NCBI GenBank assembly: GCA_965645245.1 | Contig: OZ287068.1 | Location: 186,001-250,000, forward strand | Length of the DNA stretch: 64,000 bases | Source of the DNA: Massalongia carnosa | Lineage: Eukaryota | Direction: 5' to 3' | Shown: piece by piece, positions 1 through 12,500 of the stretch | Position numbering within the stretch: position 1 is the stretch's first letter | Layout of the letters: each line of letters begins with the position of its first letter | The notes under the pieces: model-generated | Told to the model about the DNA's origin: nothing | Database searches by the model: none | Seen by the model: the letters and a program-made list of their open reading frames with translations, nothing else | Position numbers and translations under genes: made by a program

Positions 1-197
1 TCCATGTTTTACCTTTTCCATACTACCAGAACTCAGCAAATTATCTAGCTTTTACTACCTACCTGATCAGCACATATACTATCTTCCTATCAGCAAACAT
101 CTCTGCTAAGCTCAACTTCTTATCTAAGCGAAAGTCAGCAAGCTACTCGATAACTTGGAACAATTTATCTTACCTTACTTGCCTTACATCTTTTGGC

Positions 198-713
198 ATG
201 TCTTTCCAATTAGTCATTGTCCTAGGAAATGACCGCTTCCACCACATGACAGACGCACTAGCTTTTCTTGAGACATTGACCCCAGCAGACCGATACGAGG
301 GACAGAGGACCATAGAATCGCAGCTAATAGAGTTTCAGCATATGCTAGGGGATAGCATAATGGACTATTATGACTATGTCATACAGAATGATGCCTGGGC
401 CTCGGTGATGAAAGAAGAAGAGTTCAAAGCTCAACGAGAAGATGTTATTGAGGAGGTGGATATGGTCCAACTGTCACGGGCAGTTGGAGAATGGAGGAAT
501 CGGACATTAAAGGAGGCCATTATTATGTTTCAGCATGTGAAGAAAGCAGAGGAAGAGGACTTTGGGACTAGGTCATCTTTTCGGTTAAAGCGAGAGTCAC
601 ATGGCAGGCCTATTCCTCACATCTCTGATGACATTGATACGACTCCGGGACCCGAGCTGGATGAGGAGGAGTTAGTGTTTGCTGAGGCCGGAATGAAGCG
701 AACGCTGGAGTAG
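198..713 (+). CDS. 171-aa accessory ORF of unknown function between Gypsy pol and 3' LTR
   Basis: ATG-to-TAG ORF with a near-identical open copy at 32661-33176. It stops 13 bp before the LTR. Confidence 0.55.
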   Translation: MSFQLVIVLGNDRFHHMTDALAFLETLTPADRYEGQRTIESQLIEFQHMLGDSIMDYYDYVIQNDAWASVMKEEEFKAQREDVIEEVDMVQLSRAVGEWRNRTLKEAIIMFQHVKKAEEEDFGTRSSFRLKRESHGRPIPHISDDIDTTPGPELDEEELVFAEAGMKRTLE

Positions 714-726
714 GAACAGTGATAGG

Positions 727-1112
727 TGTCAGGGGTCGACACCTAAAGAGAGAGGGGAACTATGTAGGGGGGTGGAGCGGTGATACTCTAAATTCAAATT
801 GCTAGCGGTTCGGGAGTTGGTTCTTTTCGGTTGATACTCGGTAAAGGTAGCGGGGAAGTCAGGTGACAGTCTTTCTTTTAGTTTAGTTATAGATAGTTCT
901 TTTCCTTATAGAGCAAGCATGCTCGTAGCAATAGCTACAACACATAGCATAAACACATACAGTTCACAGGCACGAGGCACGAGGCACGAGGCATACAGAG
1001 ACCAGTCTAGCTATTGTCCTTATTCTATTGTTCTGTTCTTCTCTTGTTTGTTTGTTCTCTTGCACTCCTAGCAGTAGTGGACCACGCACACCACCCAGTT
1101 CATCCTTCCACA
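727..1112 (+). repeat. 3' LTR of Gypsy family E (contains GAGGCAC 7-mer repeats)
   Basis: TGTCAGG...TTCCACA after a purine-rich tract. Inverted copy at 32251-32647. Confidence 0.75.
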
Positions 1113-3058
1113 ACGTTTGTCCTAGTAAATCAGGCCCAAATCGACACATTTCTCTGAAGGTTTTGATAAGATCCTGCTCCGCTCGTTTCAACTGAGCGGC
1201 CTTCTTTTTGTCATCCTTCACCTTCTGTTGAGTTTTAGCCCATTGCTGTCTTTGTTGAACGTCTTCGAGGCTCAGGACTCGAGCCTTTCCACCATAGTGA
1301 GCCCCGTTACGATTGGCTCGATGATGCCGCCGTAAATTGGCCTGAAGAAGCTCGTTGTTGGTAATTCGTAGCAAGGTAGAGTCGGCAAAGGCGTATTTGG
1401 CCCCCTTTATCAATTTGTTTAGCGCTCGGGCGGGTGTCGAGTCTGAATTCTCATCAGATCGAATTCGACGAATCAATTGATCTAATTGATCGATATTTGC
1501 AGGTGTCTTTTCCACCTCGATGACAGCTTTCTGAGAACTCTGAATTATCGGAGTGTCAGGGTCAGAGACCGACGTTGTCTCCGGATCAATTCCGACATTC
1601 GTAAAAGTGGAAGTAGTGGTGGTGGTAGTAGTGGTGATGGTAGTGGTAATTATGCTGTCAGTCTTTCGCAATACCGATTGTTTATTAGAGAGTTTCTGAA
1701 GAACTAGAGAAGGATTGTATGGCACTAATCCGGTGACTCTCCACGCAGTGAGCACGTTTTTTGTGTTGATTGCTTCTTTTCTTGCTTTTTGTATGATCTT
1801 CAAAAAGTCCACCTTGTCAATCGAACAAACGTTGAATCGAGTGACGGCCTCCAGTTGTTTTTTATACTCCCGAGACAGGGGACCGAAAACGCTCACGTCT
1901 AGAGGTTGTAGTAAATGTGTAGTATGAGGAGGTAGACATAGAGGAATTATTTTCTTTTCATTGCAAAACTTGATAAATTCAGTAGAAATATGAGAAGCAT
2001 GACCGTCTACCATCAGAAGTCGATAATCACCATGTAAATATTTTGCAGTAGCAGGTTCAAAACATCTTTTCAACCAATCGACACCTAGTTCGTTATCTGT
2101 CTATCCGTTTTCACTGGTGGCAATTTCGCTGTGAATATCTTCCAGAATATCAAACCAGGCCTTTAGTTTATTTACCCCTTTGAAAATGACGAAGAGGGGT
2201 AGACTGCGTCCAGTAGCAGAAATGGCCTCGATTAATGACACCCATTCTCGATTACCTGATTGTGCTGAAAAGGCCTGCTTTTCGTGCTTAGGTATTACCA
2301 CTTTAGCACTAGCGGCCACCCCCATCATGAACCCTTTTTCATCCATATTGTAGATGTCTTCATCAAGAATTCCGTGTTTTTGTTTGACGGAAAGAAAAAG
2401 CTCGAACCAATGTTTAAAAATCTCTTCGTTCTCCGCAAATAATCGTTCCTGATCCAATGTGCGACTATATTTGGCCTGCAAATCGGGATGACGATGTAAA
2501 AAATGCTGTTGCCAATTAACTCCCAGGGCAGTATGACTTCCCCTTGCTCGCAATAATTCGATGGCCATTTGACGCAATTGAGCGACTTTAGCAGGCCAGC
2601 CCCAGGCGTACAATTGTAAAACACAGTCCTTCAAAGCGTCCTCTTCTTCAGGTGTCAACAGCTGTCTGACTTGATCGGATGAAAATCGTGGTTGACGACC
2701 CTGAATGCGAGCATGAAGGGTGGACTTTGAAACGCCATACAGAGCAGCTGCCTTCGTGATGGAAAGAGTCTTGTGGGTCTGTTTCCAGGCCAGAAAAGCT
2801 GATTGTAATCGTTGTTGATACGCGGAGGTGGGGTGGGAAGAAGGAAGCTTGGAGGTTTTTTTAGAGGTGGATTTTTTACAACAGCCATGATTATACTGTT
2901 TAATAAGATGATATTGATTAGTTTTATTATTTGAAGCTACTTTTGTATGGAAATTGTATGATGAAAAGGCTTCAACATGTAAGATAGTCTAAATATTGAT
3001 ATTTTCGGATTTTCTTAGTCCCGTTGAGCGGTTTCTCCCGTTGACTAGTGAATTACGT
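1113..3058 (-). mobile_element. pogo/Fot1-type DNA transposon; transposase pseudogene (about 1113-2888) cut by the Gypsy E insertion
   Basis: HTH region (KAAALYGVSKSTLHARI), NMDEKG, VDGHASH and QPLDVSVF motifs. In-frame TAG at 2101-2103 (NG*TDNELG) and an N-terminal frameshift. Terminus ACGTAATTCAC next to TA at 3059-3060. Confidence 0.9.
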
Positions 3059-3069
3059 TAGGTTGGTAT

Positions 3070-4348
3070 CCACGCGCGTGACAGAAACAGGCGGACACCA
3101 AAGTTTCCCCGCACCACCCACTCCTTAGTTTTTTAATTTTTACATCGTACATACACACATTCTTTATAAGCAATGGAGCCTGTTCTAGAGTCACGAATTA
3201 CTATAAATACCGAGCATACCACTCCCACCAAGGCGAAAGTTTAGGGTACTATTGAATTTTTGCAGGTGAAAGGGATTTTGCGTTTAAAGCGAGAGGTTTT
3301 CGAGTTTTTCGGCGTGGGACATACTTGAGATTATGAAATACTCAACGATCAAGAAACTAATCGACGGCATGGTCATACAAACAAATCGGAGACTCGTGGT
3401 CAGCCTCGCAAATTGTCAAAGAAGCAGATAGATCGTATGGGTGAAATATTGCAAACCTGGGGCTTGGAGGGAAGATCACTGACCTGGAATCAACTGGGTG
3501 CAGCTGCTGAGACTTCTTCCGTCTCCTGGCGTACTAACAACGAGCGATACATGAACGAAACTATCGTAAATGTCTCGCATGCACAAAAACTTACGTCCCG
3601 AAAGATTTGATGATTGCACGAAAGGACTGGGCTTGGAACAAACGAAACACATACTCGTTGAATGATTGGAAAAGAGTTCGCTTTTCCGATGAAGTTCATT
3701 TCGGACGAGGACCTCAACGACGACTACGCATCAGTCGAAAACCTGGCGAGCGTACATGTCAGGATTGCATTCAGGAATAACATGAGCCTGAAGAGAAGGA
3801 CAAAAAACAGAAACGATATCATTGTAGGGCTGCTGTGGGGTGGAACTTCAAATCAGAGCTGATTTTTTATGAGGTCCCAGCAATTCGAATGGAAAGATGA
3901 GTCAGAAGGTGTATATTGACTTCATTCTGGAACCGGTAGTAAAAACATGGCTCGAAACAGACCCGAATTTCGTGTTGGTTGAAGATGGCGATTCAGGACA
4001 TGGATCGGGAAGGACAATATTGTACGAAGATGGAAGGACGAGCACGGGCTAAAATACTACTTCAACTGCCCTCGTTCTCCTGATCTTTCTCCTATCGAAA
4101 ATTGCTGGCAGGTGCCCAAACAACGGGTAGGTCGTCGACCTCATTGGGATGATAACACCACAATAACTGCAATTAAGGCGGGTTGGGTCAGTCTTTCTCA
4201 AGAAACGATCAATGAATGGATCGCCTAAAAGAATAGATGACGTTTTAGACATGAATGGCAAGATGACTAGATGGTAACTGTTTTGTAGATGGCAAATTTG
4301 ATGATATTCGCTTATTTTGGTGTCCGCCTGTTTCTGTCACGCGCGTGG
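3070..4348 (+). mobile_element. Tc1-like DNA transposon with degenerate transposase
   Basis: TIRs CCACGCGCGTGACAGAAACAGGCGGACACCAAA at both ends. Frameshifted motifs VRFSDEVHFG, EDGDSGHG, SPDLSPIENCW. Flanked by TAT on both sides. Confidence 0.9.
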
Positions 4349-5063
4349 TATCCAACAGGATGCCACATATCCTGCCTCAAAGCGCCGGCATCGATTCCTT
4401 GCCCCTGGAAAATTAGAGCGATCGTGATTGATCTGACGTATCTATTATCCCCCCGTGCGCTCTCCTCGTTTACCTTCTGCGAAGTCAAAGTTATCGTATG
4501 TCAAGATCATGTTTGAGCCTTGTCCTAGTATCAGAACCTTTCGTTCGACCTCTTTAATCAAGGACAACAAGCGCCGCTGCAGGGTAGTATATGGCATCGT
4601 CAGGCCAAAATGACAAGAGTGTATCTAGAACTCGCCGCATCGCCCCACCTTGATAAATATTATCAAGCTGGTTATCGCTTAGATATGCGTAAGCTTTCCA
4701 GCTTATTTGTTAGGTAGGTTTACGTTCTAAAGGAGACTCGTTTTGGATTTGATAAATTGATCTGGTTTATCTAGGATTGTTCTTGATGATAGAAATCATC
4801 TCTAGCTAAATATCTATTTTATCTTATCCCATCACCTTTGTGTGTACTCGGTAGCCAGCTATTCACTAAGTGCAACACTTGCTAACCGAGTGACACTTCA
4901 ATTAGTGGTGATATTGGCAGGCCACCTACCAATTAGTGTAGTCTAATCGGTTAACAAATATAAAGGCCTAAGACGGACTGAATATTAGTCGCCTTATTAG
5001 ATCGCCCATTTGTGACAAAGCATTACCAATATAATGATGTGCCGGCCGCTGGGAGAATCCAAC

Positions 5064-5460
5064 TGTCATGGAGTGACTGGGCACCTGCCAGTTAGTTCAT
5101 TGAACCAACCTTAGCTGCTTAAACGAAGCACTAGCCGGCTAGCCGATCCGAAAGGAACTAAGCTTAATCAGGTTTAGTTAGGGCAAAGGTAAGTATTCCG
5201 GCTGAAGGTAAGTGTTCCGGCTGAAGGTAAGTGTTCCGGCTGAAGGTAAGTGTTCCGACTGTCATAGCGATAGTTTCATGCTAGAGACTTGGGGGAAATT
5301 GGATCAGGATTGGGACTAGTTCCGTTCGCCAGAGTCTTATACTCGCCCACCTTGGATTTTCTGTTTCTTTTCTCCTTGTCGAACGTCTTGTCCACCTAGC
5401 TAGACAATCAAGTAATACGTTTGCACAACCTGAATTCCTACCAGACCTCGTACCGTGACA
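5064..5460 (+). mobile_element. solo LTR (Gypsy-type)
   Basis: TGTCA...TGACA termini; near-TSD CCAAC/TCAAC; carries the GTCGAACGTCTTG motif also found in the Gypsy-1 LTR. Confidence 0.8.
5186..5261. repeat. 4 x 19-bp tandem repeat inside solo LTR
   Basis: Unit AAGGTAAGTGTTCCGGCTG, four copies with single substitutions. Confidence 0.95.
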
Positions 5461-5551
5461 TCAACGTCACATCGAGAGGTTCCTGCGGGCGAGCCTCGCG
5501 ACAAACATTATCAATCGAGAATGAGCGTCCCTTATTGAAGCTATTGGTATC

Positions 5552-5823
5552 TGTTGAAATAGGTATATGACTATGGCTATATGGCTATGTAATAATAAAG
5601 GTATGTATGATCGTGATGTTAAGGATGAAGAGTTGCTATGCAGCAATCTTTTCCTATTACTGGTCACCCTTCTAAGCGAGGTGATCTTATCTTATCTTGG
5701 GACTAAGCCTAATGCGGCATCTACGGTTTCCGTAGATTATCTGTCAATCTAGGGCAGCCGTAGGTGCTATGTTCATTGAATTGATAGGTGTTCATTGTGC
5801 TGGTAGGAATTGGATATCCAACA
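5552..5823 (-). mobile_element. solo LTR (Copia family D)
   Basis: TGTTG...CAACA; TSD GTATC; reverse complement resembles the LTR at 7478-8048, which is followed by a Copia PBS. Confidence 0.9.
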
Positions 5824-6018
5824 GTATCACTGGTCCTCGATTATCGTTATTTGTTATTTTAAAGGGTAAGAGATAGAAAGATTATTGGTATTCTAGTAAT
5901 ATGGAACCCGGTGCTCGTATTTCACTAAGTAAAAACGGCTAGACTGATAACAAGCTCTGTATAGAGTGGATGCGTGACTGTTTTTAAATATCGAATGATA
6001 ATTGTTGACGGGCATGCA

Positions 6019-6503
6019 TGTAATAGGGTAGGCCTAGTATGCGTTCGTTGAACGTAAGACTGGCCTATGTGGCTATGTGGGATACGTACAGCCAAAACAA
6101 CCACCAAGACAATAAGGTCCCGCCTAACCCAGTTAGGCATAGTGTGGGGACTTAACTTATTATGGAGGTGTTTTCGTAGTACACGAAGTATCCCCGCGCC
6201 TCGCCTCACCTCCCCTAGCTCGCATGCCTAGTCTTATCTACCCGTGTCTTTCGGTGATCGAAGTGTTTCGGTGACCGAAAATACCAGGTAGTATGGGCAA
6301 GGTACGGAAGAAGAGCTTAGGTTGTGGATTGTCCTATTCTAAATAGATGAATGATCAAGCACTTTAAAAGGGTAGCATTTAGTCTACCCTTTGACCCGAC
6401 CCTACCTATTTTGTACCTCTATTGTGACTATCACGTTGTGTAGCCCCTGTGGATCCCATCTTCCAGTAGTGAATGCCTGCTGGGAGAAGGTCTCCCCGTT
6501 TCA
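6019..6503. mobile_element. solo LTR
   Basis: TG...CA; TSD ATGCA; inverted homologue at 50475-50958. Confidence 0.9.
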
Positions 6504-6617
6504 ATGCATCACATGTGTCAACTGAATTTTGTCATGGTGTGAACTGAACACCTGAAGGTTCATTGAACTTCCAGCTAATCGTACTAAGCCACTTTCGGAA
6601 TGGAGGAGCATCCCTTA

Positions 6618-7262
6618 ACGTAATTCACCTGTATTCGGTACACCCGCTTATTCGGAACTAACAAAACCACGAAACTTACTTTCCAACCATCATCTCTTCT
6701 ACACTTATTGAAGAAAACTCTAAAACTGATTTAATAAGGTAAAGGGTATTATTGTTGAATTGCGGTTGCGATTATAGTTATAATGGCTTGTTGGGCTCAC
6801 TGCCTCATAACGTGGATAGCGGGTAGTCTAATCTTCTCTGGGAAGGTTTTAGGTTTAGCGTGCTTTGCCCTTTGGTGAAAAGTCTGCTCTTTTCCTCATA
6901 TATAGCTATATAGTCAATGCGATCACCTGCAACCATAGTCTCCTTTTAACTATTATAATAATTATAATAGCTGATTATCGATAAATTACACCGCTGAATT
7001 GGCTTCTTCCCGGCAGTTTCGAGTTACAAAATCGGGATTGCGTACTACATTGAAAGACGAGGTTAGAGAACGTTTAAAATAGGCAGTTAAGGTCTATGAG
7101 AAGGCAGAAGGGTTGTAATCTATTACGCAAGCTGCTTGACTTCATGCAGTACCGAAAACAACATTGTATCACAGGATTCACAGTCGCCAGGACCAGGTAT
7201 CGTACGTTACTTCAAAGCAGAGGTTAACGCCCGAGGAGGAGGGATCTCTTCAGAGCTGGATT
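6618..7262 (+). mobile_element. degenerate 5' fragment of pogo/Fot1-type transposon
   Basis: TA followed by the ACGTAATTCAC terminus (same as at 3058); decayed HTH (AVPKTTLYHRI...KQRLTPEEE). Confidence 0.7.
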
Positions 7263-7660
7263 ACCTAGAGCTACTAGACTCCGCTATTTGACAAAATATC
7301 AGCTAAGCCTTATACGGACGATGACACTCTACCCTGCGCTAGTACTCTTATTCAAATGCGTTATCTTTCAAACCAAATATCACCAATATCAGGAAATATA
7401 GTACAAGTCTCAGAGGATGAGGAGTTTATATTACTATTTCGCCATAAGACTCTTGATTCCTCTAAGCTTACTCTTCTTGTTGAATATCCAACTCCTATCA
7501 GTACAATGAACATAGCATCTAGGAAACCGTAGAAGCCGCATTAGGCCTAAGTTAGTCCCAAGATAAGATAAAGATCACCTCACTTAACAGAAGGTGATCA
7601 GTAATAGAATAAAGACTGCTGAACAGCACTCTTCATCCTTAACATCACGGTTATACATAC

Positions 7661-7995
7661 TGTTGTTGGGCGACATGTGTCAACTATAGTCAGGTGACAT
7701 GGCAGGCCTGTGTGGGGATAAAACGAGTTTTTGCAGGTGTTTTCTTCATCATCTCCGGACATCATCTTCTATCACCTACGCTGTCATTATCATCGTCGTG
7801 TCACGTAGTCATCGACATACGTTCATTTCGTGCATCAACTAGTCGTTCAGTCGTTCAGTCGTCGAGTTCTTTTCATGTCTATGCAGTCGTAGGTCTATTC
7901 AGACGTTTGTGTATATGTGTCTGTTCACTGCTCAGTTTGCAATCTATCATCACGTACCACCACCTTCCATTAGCATGCACGACTACCCTTCTTCA
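7661..7995. mobile_element. LTR-like insertion inside the Copia D LTR
   Basis: Absent from the homologous LTR at 5552-5823; TG...CA ends; apparent 4-bp duplication ATAC. Confidence 0.6.
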
Positions 7996-8564
7996 ATACA
8001 CTTATTATTACATAGTCATATAGCCATAGTCATATACCTATTTCAACACGTTATGAGCCCGGAAGGGCGCTATTGATTCTACACGAATCGAAAGCCTTTT
8101 GTCCGCAGTATTACAGTGCTAAATAAGCTAAGCAATCGTATCTGTTTGAATTCTTACAGACAAGAAGCTGAATCGTCTGTGTCTTTAGAAACAATCTCAA
8201 CCCCTTGACTATTTATTATCACGAGAATGATACAAACCACAACGATTATTCTTGATTCATAAAAGCAAGAGATATCATCTTATCAAGTACAAGACTTGCT
8301 TGCAAGAAAGAGCTTGATTAAGAAGATATAATATTTAAAAATCTTTGAGTACTATTATGAAACTAGTAGATCTCTTGAATATCGAGTGAATCTATTTAAG
8401 ATAGATTCTTCGAAGATCAGAGACAAAACTACAATCAGAAAGCTCAAGGCAAGAAGAGATACACACCTCAAAGACGAGAGCCTGTCAAGAAACATGATAA
8501 ATTCATGTTATTTGAGTTCCGCTCTCTCTTTGAAGTCTAAATCACTTCTTTCAAAAAATTATCA

Positions 8565-8850
8565 AAGCCGTTTCCGGAATATGAGATTATCTCTTCTGGA
8601 TGCGAAAGCTTTTTAAAGCCGCTATCGGAATATGAGACTTCTCTTCCGAATGCGAGAACCATTTAAGCCGCTTCCGGAACATGAGATTTTCTCTTCTGGC
8701 TGCGAAAGCTTTTTAGGCCGCTATCGGAATATGAGACTTCTCTTCCGAATGCGAGAACCATTTAAGCCGCTTCCGGAATATGAGATTTTCTCTTCTGGAT
8801 GCAAAAGCTTTTTAGGCCGCTATCGGAATAAGAGTTTTTCCTCCGAATGC
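8565..8850. repeat. about 99-bp tandem repeat, nearly 3 copies, each made of two related ~50-bp subunits
   Basis: AAGCCG unit starts at 8565, 8665 and 8764; GGAATATGAGA-like core recurs about every 50 bp. Confidence 0.9.
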
Positions 8851-9525
8851 AGGCATAGAGACAGATACTACGGGAAATAAAGTGTCGGACCGTTCTTATT
8901 GATCTGGAAAATGATGTTCTTCTTGTCTATCTAAACTGGAAATTCTAGCTAGCTATATAGACTATTTCGCCACATTCTTTCATAATCTAAATATCTGTCA
9001 CGAAATCAGGTCGAGGGCAAGGGCAAAGGCAAGGTGGGTTGATGGTCAAGCTTATTGATTGAGTCTATAGCTATGAATCTAGGCTAGGCTAGGTTGGCTA
9101 TTCAAGACGTTCGACAAAGAATCAGAACTTCCATGATTCGACTTCTTTCTTATATCTTTGTCCTCCCATATTCATCTTTCTAGGGTGGCGGCGAATGATG
9201 TCTAGTCAGTGCGATGATGAATGAGGGGCATTATAGCGGCAATAAGCACGATGGGGTCAGCGAGGAGACGGGAGATGTCAAACATCAATGTGAAGCTATT
9301 AGACATGATAATAGTCGAAAGACGGGAATAAATCATCAATGCGAGGCTGATTAATGATCAGTAATCGGCGAATTCGAAGAATGATATGAGGGTCCCGAAG
9401 GCATGGCACGACGTCCGTGAGTAGTCATCAGATCAAGGCACGTGATAGAGGCACGTGGTGAGGTCGGAGGCATTTCATGACAGTAGCTCCCCCTTCAAGG
9501 CAGAGCTCCTGCGATGCCATCTTAT

Positions 9526-12500
9526 CTATGCCTCGTGGCATTGGCAACGGGGAATTTGACAGGGGTTTAGATGAGGGCCGGCCGCATTGGGATAGGCTTG
9601 GTGGTATTCGTCTATGACTTGCTGACAATTGATGAGATAGTTGAAAGGCTCCCAGGTGGAAGGATGCCCTTCCCAATCCACTAGGTATTTCAGAAGCGGG
9701 GGTTGAAAACGTCGGTCGAGCTTGGAATTCAATACCCTATTGACATACCATTCTCGTTGGCCATCTTCGGCGATGACGGGGTCTCTAGGCTCCGGTCTCT
9801 GCCCGGGGAGGGGGTCATTGGCATCATGCTGCAACAGATTGACGTGAAAGACGGGATGGATTTTGACGGTATCGGGAAGCTCCAGCTGTACGATCAAGGG
9901 GTTGGAAAACACCTTGCTGACGCGGTAGGGGCCGATATTTCGGTCATCCAGCTTGACTGTGGGGCGAGCGGTTTGGATATTTCTGGTGCTTAGCCACACC
10001 ATATCGCCAACGAAATAGCGGGGGCAGGGACGTCGGTTAGCATTTGCAGTTGCTTCGTACGAAGCTTGGGCCATCAGCATTTCGTCTCGAAGATGAGTGT
10101 CGATATCCTGCATCTTATTCACGAACTGATTGGCTGCAACTAGGTTTGCTCTGCCCTGAGCGGTTAGGTCTTGCGGCAGGGGTTCCTCCGGTTCAAATCC
10201 CATGCGGGGATGTTGCCCGAAGTTGGCTAGGAAGGGGGAGGCCAGGATACTAGATGAATCGGTGTTATTGCTGGCGAATTCGGCGCCAGGAAGCCATTGT
10301 GCCCAGTCATCCTGCATGTAGTTGACATAAGCCCTTAGGTAGTGCTCCATGGTGGCGTTGGCTCGCTCGGTCTGCCCGTCGGTCTCCGGGTGGTATCCGG
10401 TGGATAGCTTGGCGTCGATTTTCAGCCTCTTGCACATGAGCTGCCAGAAATCGGAGACGAATTGGGGGCCACGATCAGAAACCATGGCTTCGGGAAGCCC
10501 ATGTAGTTTCCAGACATTCTGATAGAACGCATCGGCGGCGTCTTCAACTTCCATGGACGTGATAGGAATGAAATGTCGCATCTTGGACAGGCGATCTATA
10601 ACCACCAAGATGTAGCGATAAGTGATTCCCATGAAGGTGCTGGGGGTCAGGGGGCCTACATAATCCATGGAAATATCCCGCCATCTGCGCTCGGGGGGGG
10701 GGAGTGGGCGTAGCCAGCCCTGATAGCGCTGGCGGGATGGTTTTGATCTTCTGCAAGTGTGGCAGTTTCGGATAAATCGCTTGATGGACTGATGCATGCT
10801 GGGCCACCAGTAGGATCGATTTACCAACTCATGGCATTTGGAACGGCCCGGATGTCCGCCGGCGACGCTATCGTGAGCGAGTTGAATGATACGAAGCCTC
10901 AGACGATCGGATCGAGGTACGTATTTCTTGTTTCGAAAATACAAGATACCGTCCCTATCTTCGCATTCGGCTAATTGGATTCGATTGTGATGCCTCTCGT
11001 TATTACGAAGGGCTTCCAGGACTTCGGGGGCGAATTGGTCTCGTGTCAGGGCTTGTTCCCAGAGGAGCTCCGTGGAGATATCCTCATCGGGATCGATGAG
11101 GTCCTCATCTAGCTGAGGTTCTGCTTCTTCGATATCTGCATCATCTAGGAAAGCTGGTGCCAGAAGAATGGATCGCAAATAACTTTTTGCGACTTCCTCA
11201 TCCAGGTTTTCGGTTTTCAAAATGGTTTGGTGTTGAAATTTCCTTCGCTCGTCCGTATCATCCCCTTCTTTAGGAAGATCTCCCGATCGACGAGTTAGAG
11301 CGTCCGGTTTTCCTCCGGCTTTTCCTGGTCGATAGACTATCTTGAAGTCAAATCGAGAGAGAAATTCGCTCCATCTAGCTTGGCGACGGCTGAGCTGCTT
11401 GGTGGAGGCAAAATACTCCAGGTTTTTGTGGTCGGATATGACGCTGATGGGGAAGGCAGATCCTTCTAGTTCGGGTCGCCATTCTTCAAAACATCGAACG
11501 ATTGCCATCAGTTCTTTGTCATAGATCTCGTAGTTGCACTCGGCGGGATTGTGCTTCTTTGAGAAGTAGGCGACGGGGTGAAGTATCCCATCATCGTCGT
11601 ATTGAGAAAGAATGCCCCCCGAAACATAGTCGGAGGCATCGGTTTCGACGATGATGGGACGATCGGGGTCGAAATGCCTGAGAATGACATCGGAGGTGAA
11701 AGCTTTTTTCAGCATTTCGAATGCCAATTGGCATTTGTCAGTCCACAGGAATTCCGTCTCCTTCTTGGTCAGGTTGGTTAGGGGGCCAGCTATGTCGCTA
11801 AACCCATACACGAATCGTCTATAAAAGTTAGCAAAACCCAGAAAGCTTTGCACATCTTTCACATTGACGAGGTTTGGCCAATTGACGACGGTTTCCACCT
11901 TGGCCGGGTCCATTTTTATCCCTTCGGTGGTCACGATCATCCCTAGGTATGCAATTTCGGTGACATGGAACTTGCACTTGGTGATGTCGGCTTGCAGGCC
12001 TGCATCTCGGAGTCGAGACAGGATTTTTTTGACGTGGACCTCGTGCTCCAGCTCATTGTCACTGTAGATGAGGATATCATCTAGGTACGCAGTGCAAAAG
12101 TCAGCAAGATACTCGTGAAGCGTATCGTTGATGAAGTGCTGAAATGAGGCGGGCCCGTTGCATAGGCCGAAGGGTAGGACCAAGGACTCGAAAAGGCCGA
12201 AACGAGTGCGAAAAGCGGTGAGTTCTTCGTCTCCTTCTCGTATGCGGAGCATATTGAAGGCGGCGATGATGTCTATCTTGGTGAATATCTTGGCTTTGAT
12301 TAATTGGTGCAGGGTCTCGGCGATCAAGGGCAGCGGATAGCGATCCTTAATCGTGATGGCATTCAGAGCACGATAATCCACGCAAAATCGAAGTCCCCCA
12401 CCTGGCTTTTTCACGAACATCACCGGGGAGGCGGCGTGGGAGCGACTAGCCCGAATAAATCCCTTGGCTAGATTTTCGTCGAGGTAGCGGCGGAGCTCCT

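Larger units (their letters stand above)
1..1112 (+). mobile_element. 3' end of Ty3/Gypsy retrotransposon (family E), continuing off the left edge of the window
   Basis: Bases 1-1112 match the reverse complement of 32251-33373, which lies downstream of a Gypsy pol. Similarity ends at ...CCTTCCACA (1112), where pogo transposase sequence begins. Confidence 0.85.
7478..8882 (+). mobile_element. relic Copia D: 5' LTR (7478-8048), PBS (8049-8062) and decayed internal sequence
   Basis: LTR homologous to 5552-5823; CGTTATGAGCCCGG follows immediately; AT-rich interior with no recognisable ORF. Confidence 0.7.

Noticed and set aside
727..868. Shorter TGTCA...TGACA LTR call
   Set aside because: Similarity between the two family E copies continues to 1112/32251, so the longer boundary is preferred.
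964..1112. C-terminal part of the 369-aa ORF 964..2073
   Set aside because: Read-through from the pogo transposase into the inserted LTR; not a real domain.
4352..5063. Possible additional LTR or gene remnant
   Set aside because: No termini, TSD or protein motif could be supported.
5186..5261. Short repeats resembling a CRISPR array (also near 20912-21013 and 8565-8850)
   Set aside because: Head-to-tail repeats without unique spacers, no cas genes, eukaryotic TE context.
5925..6209. 94-aa ORF recurring at 50768-51034
   Set aside because: Similarity comes from two copies of the same solo LTR; the ORFs run out into unrelated flanks.
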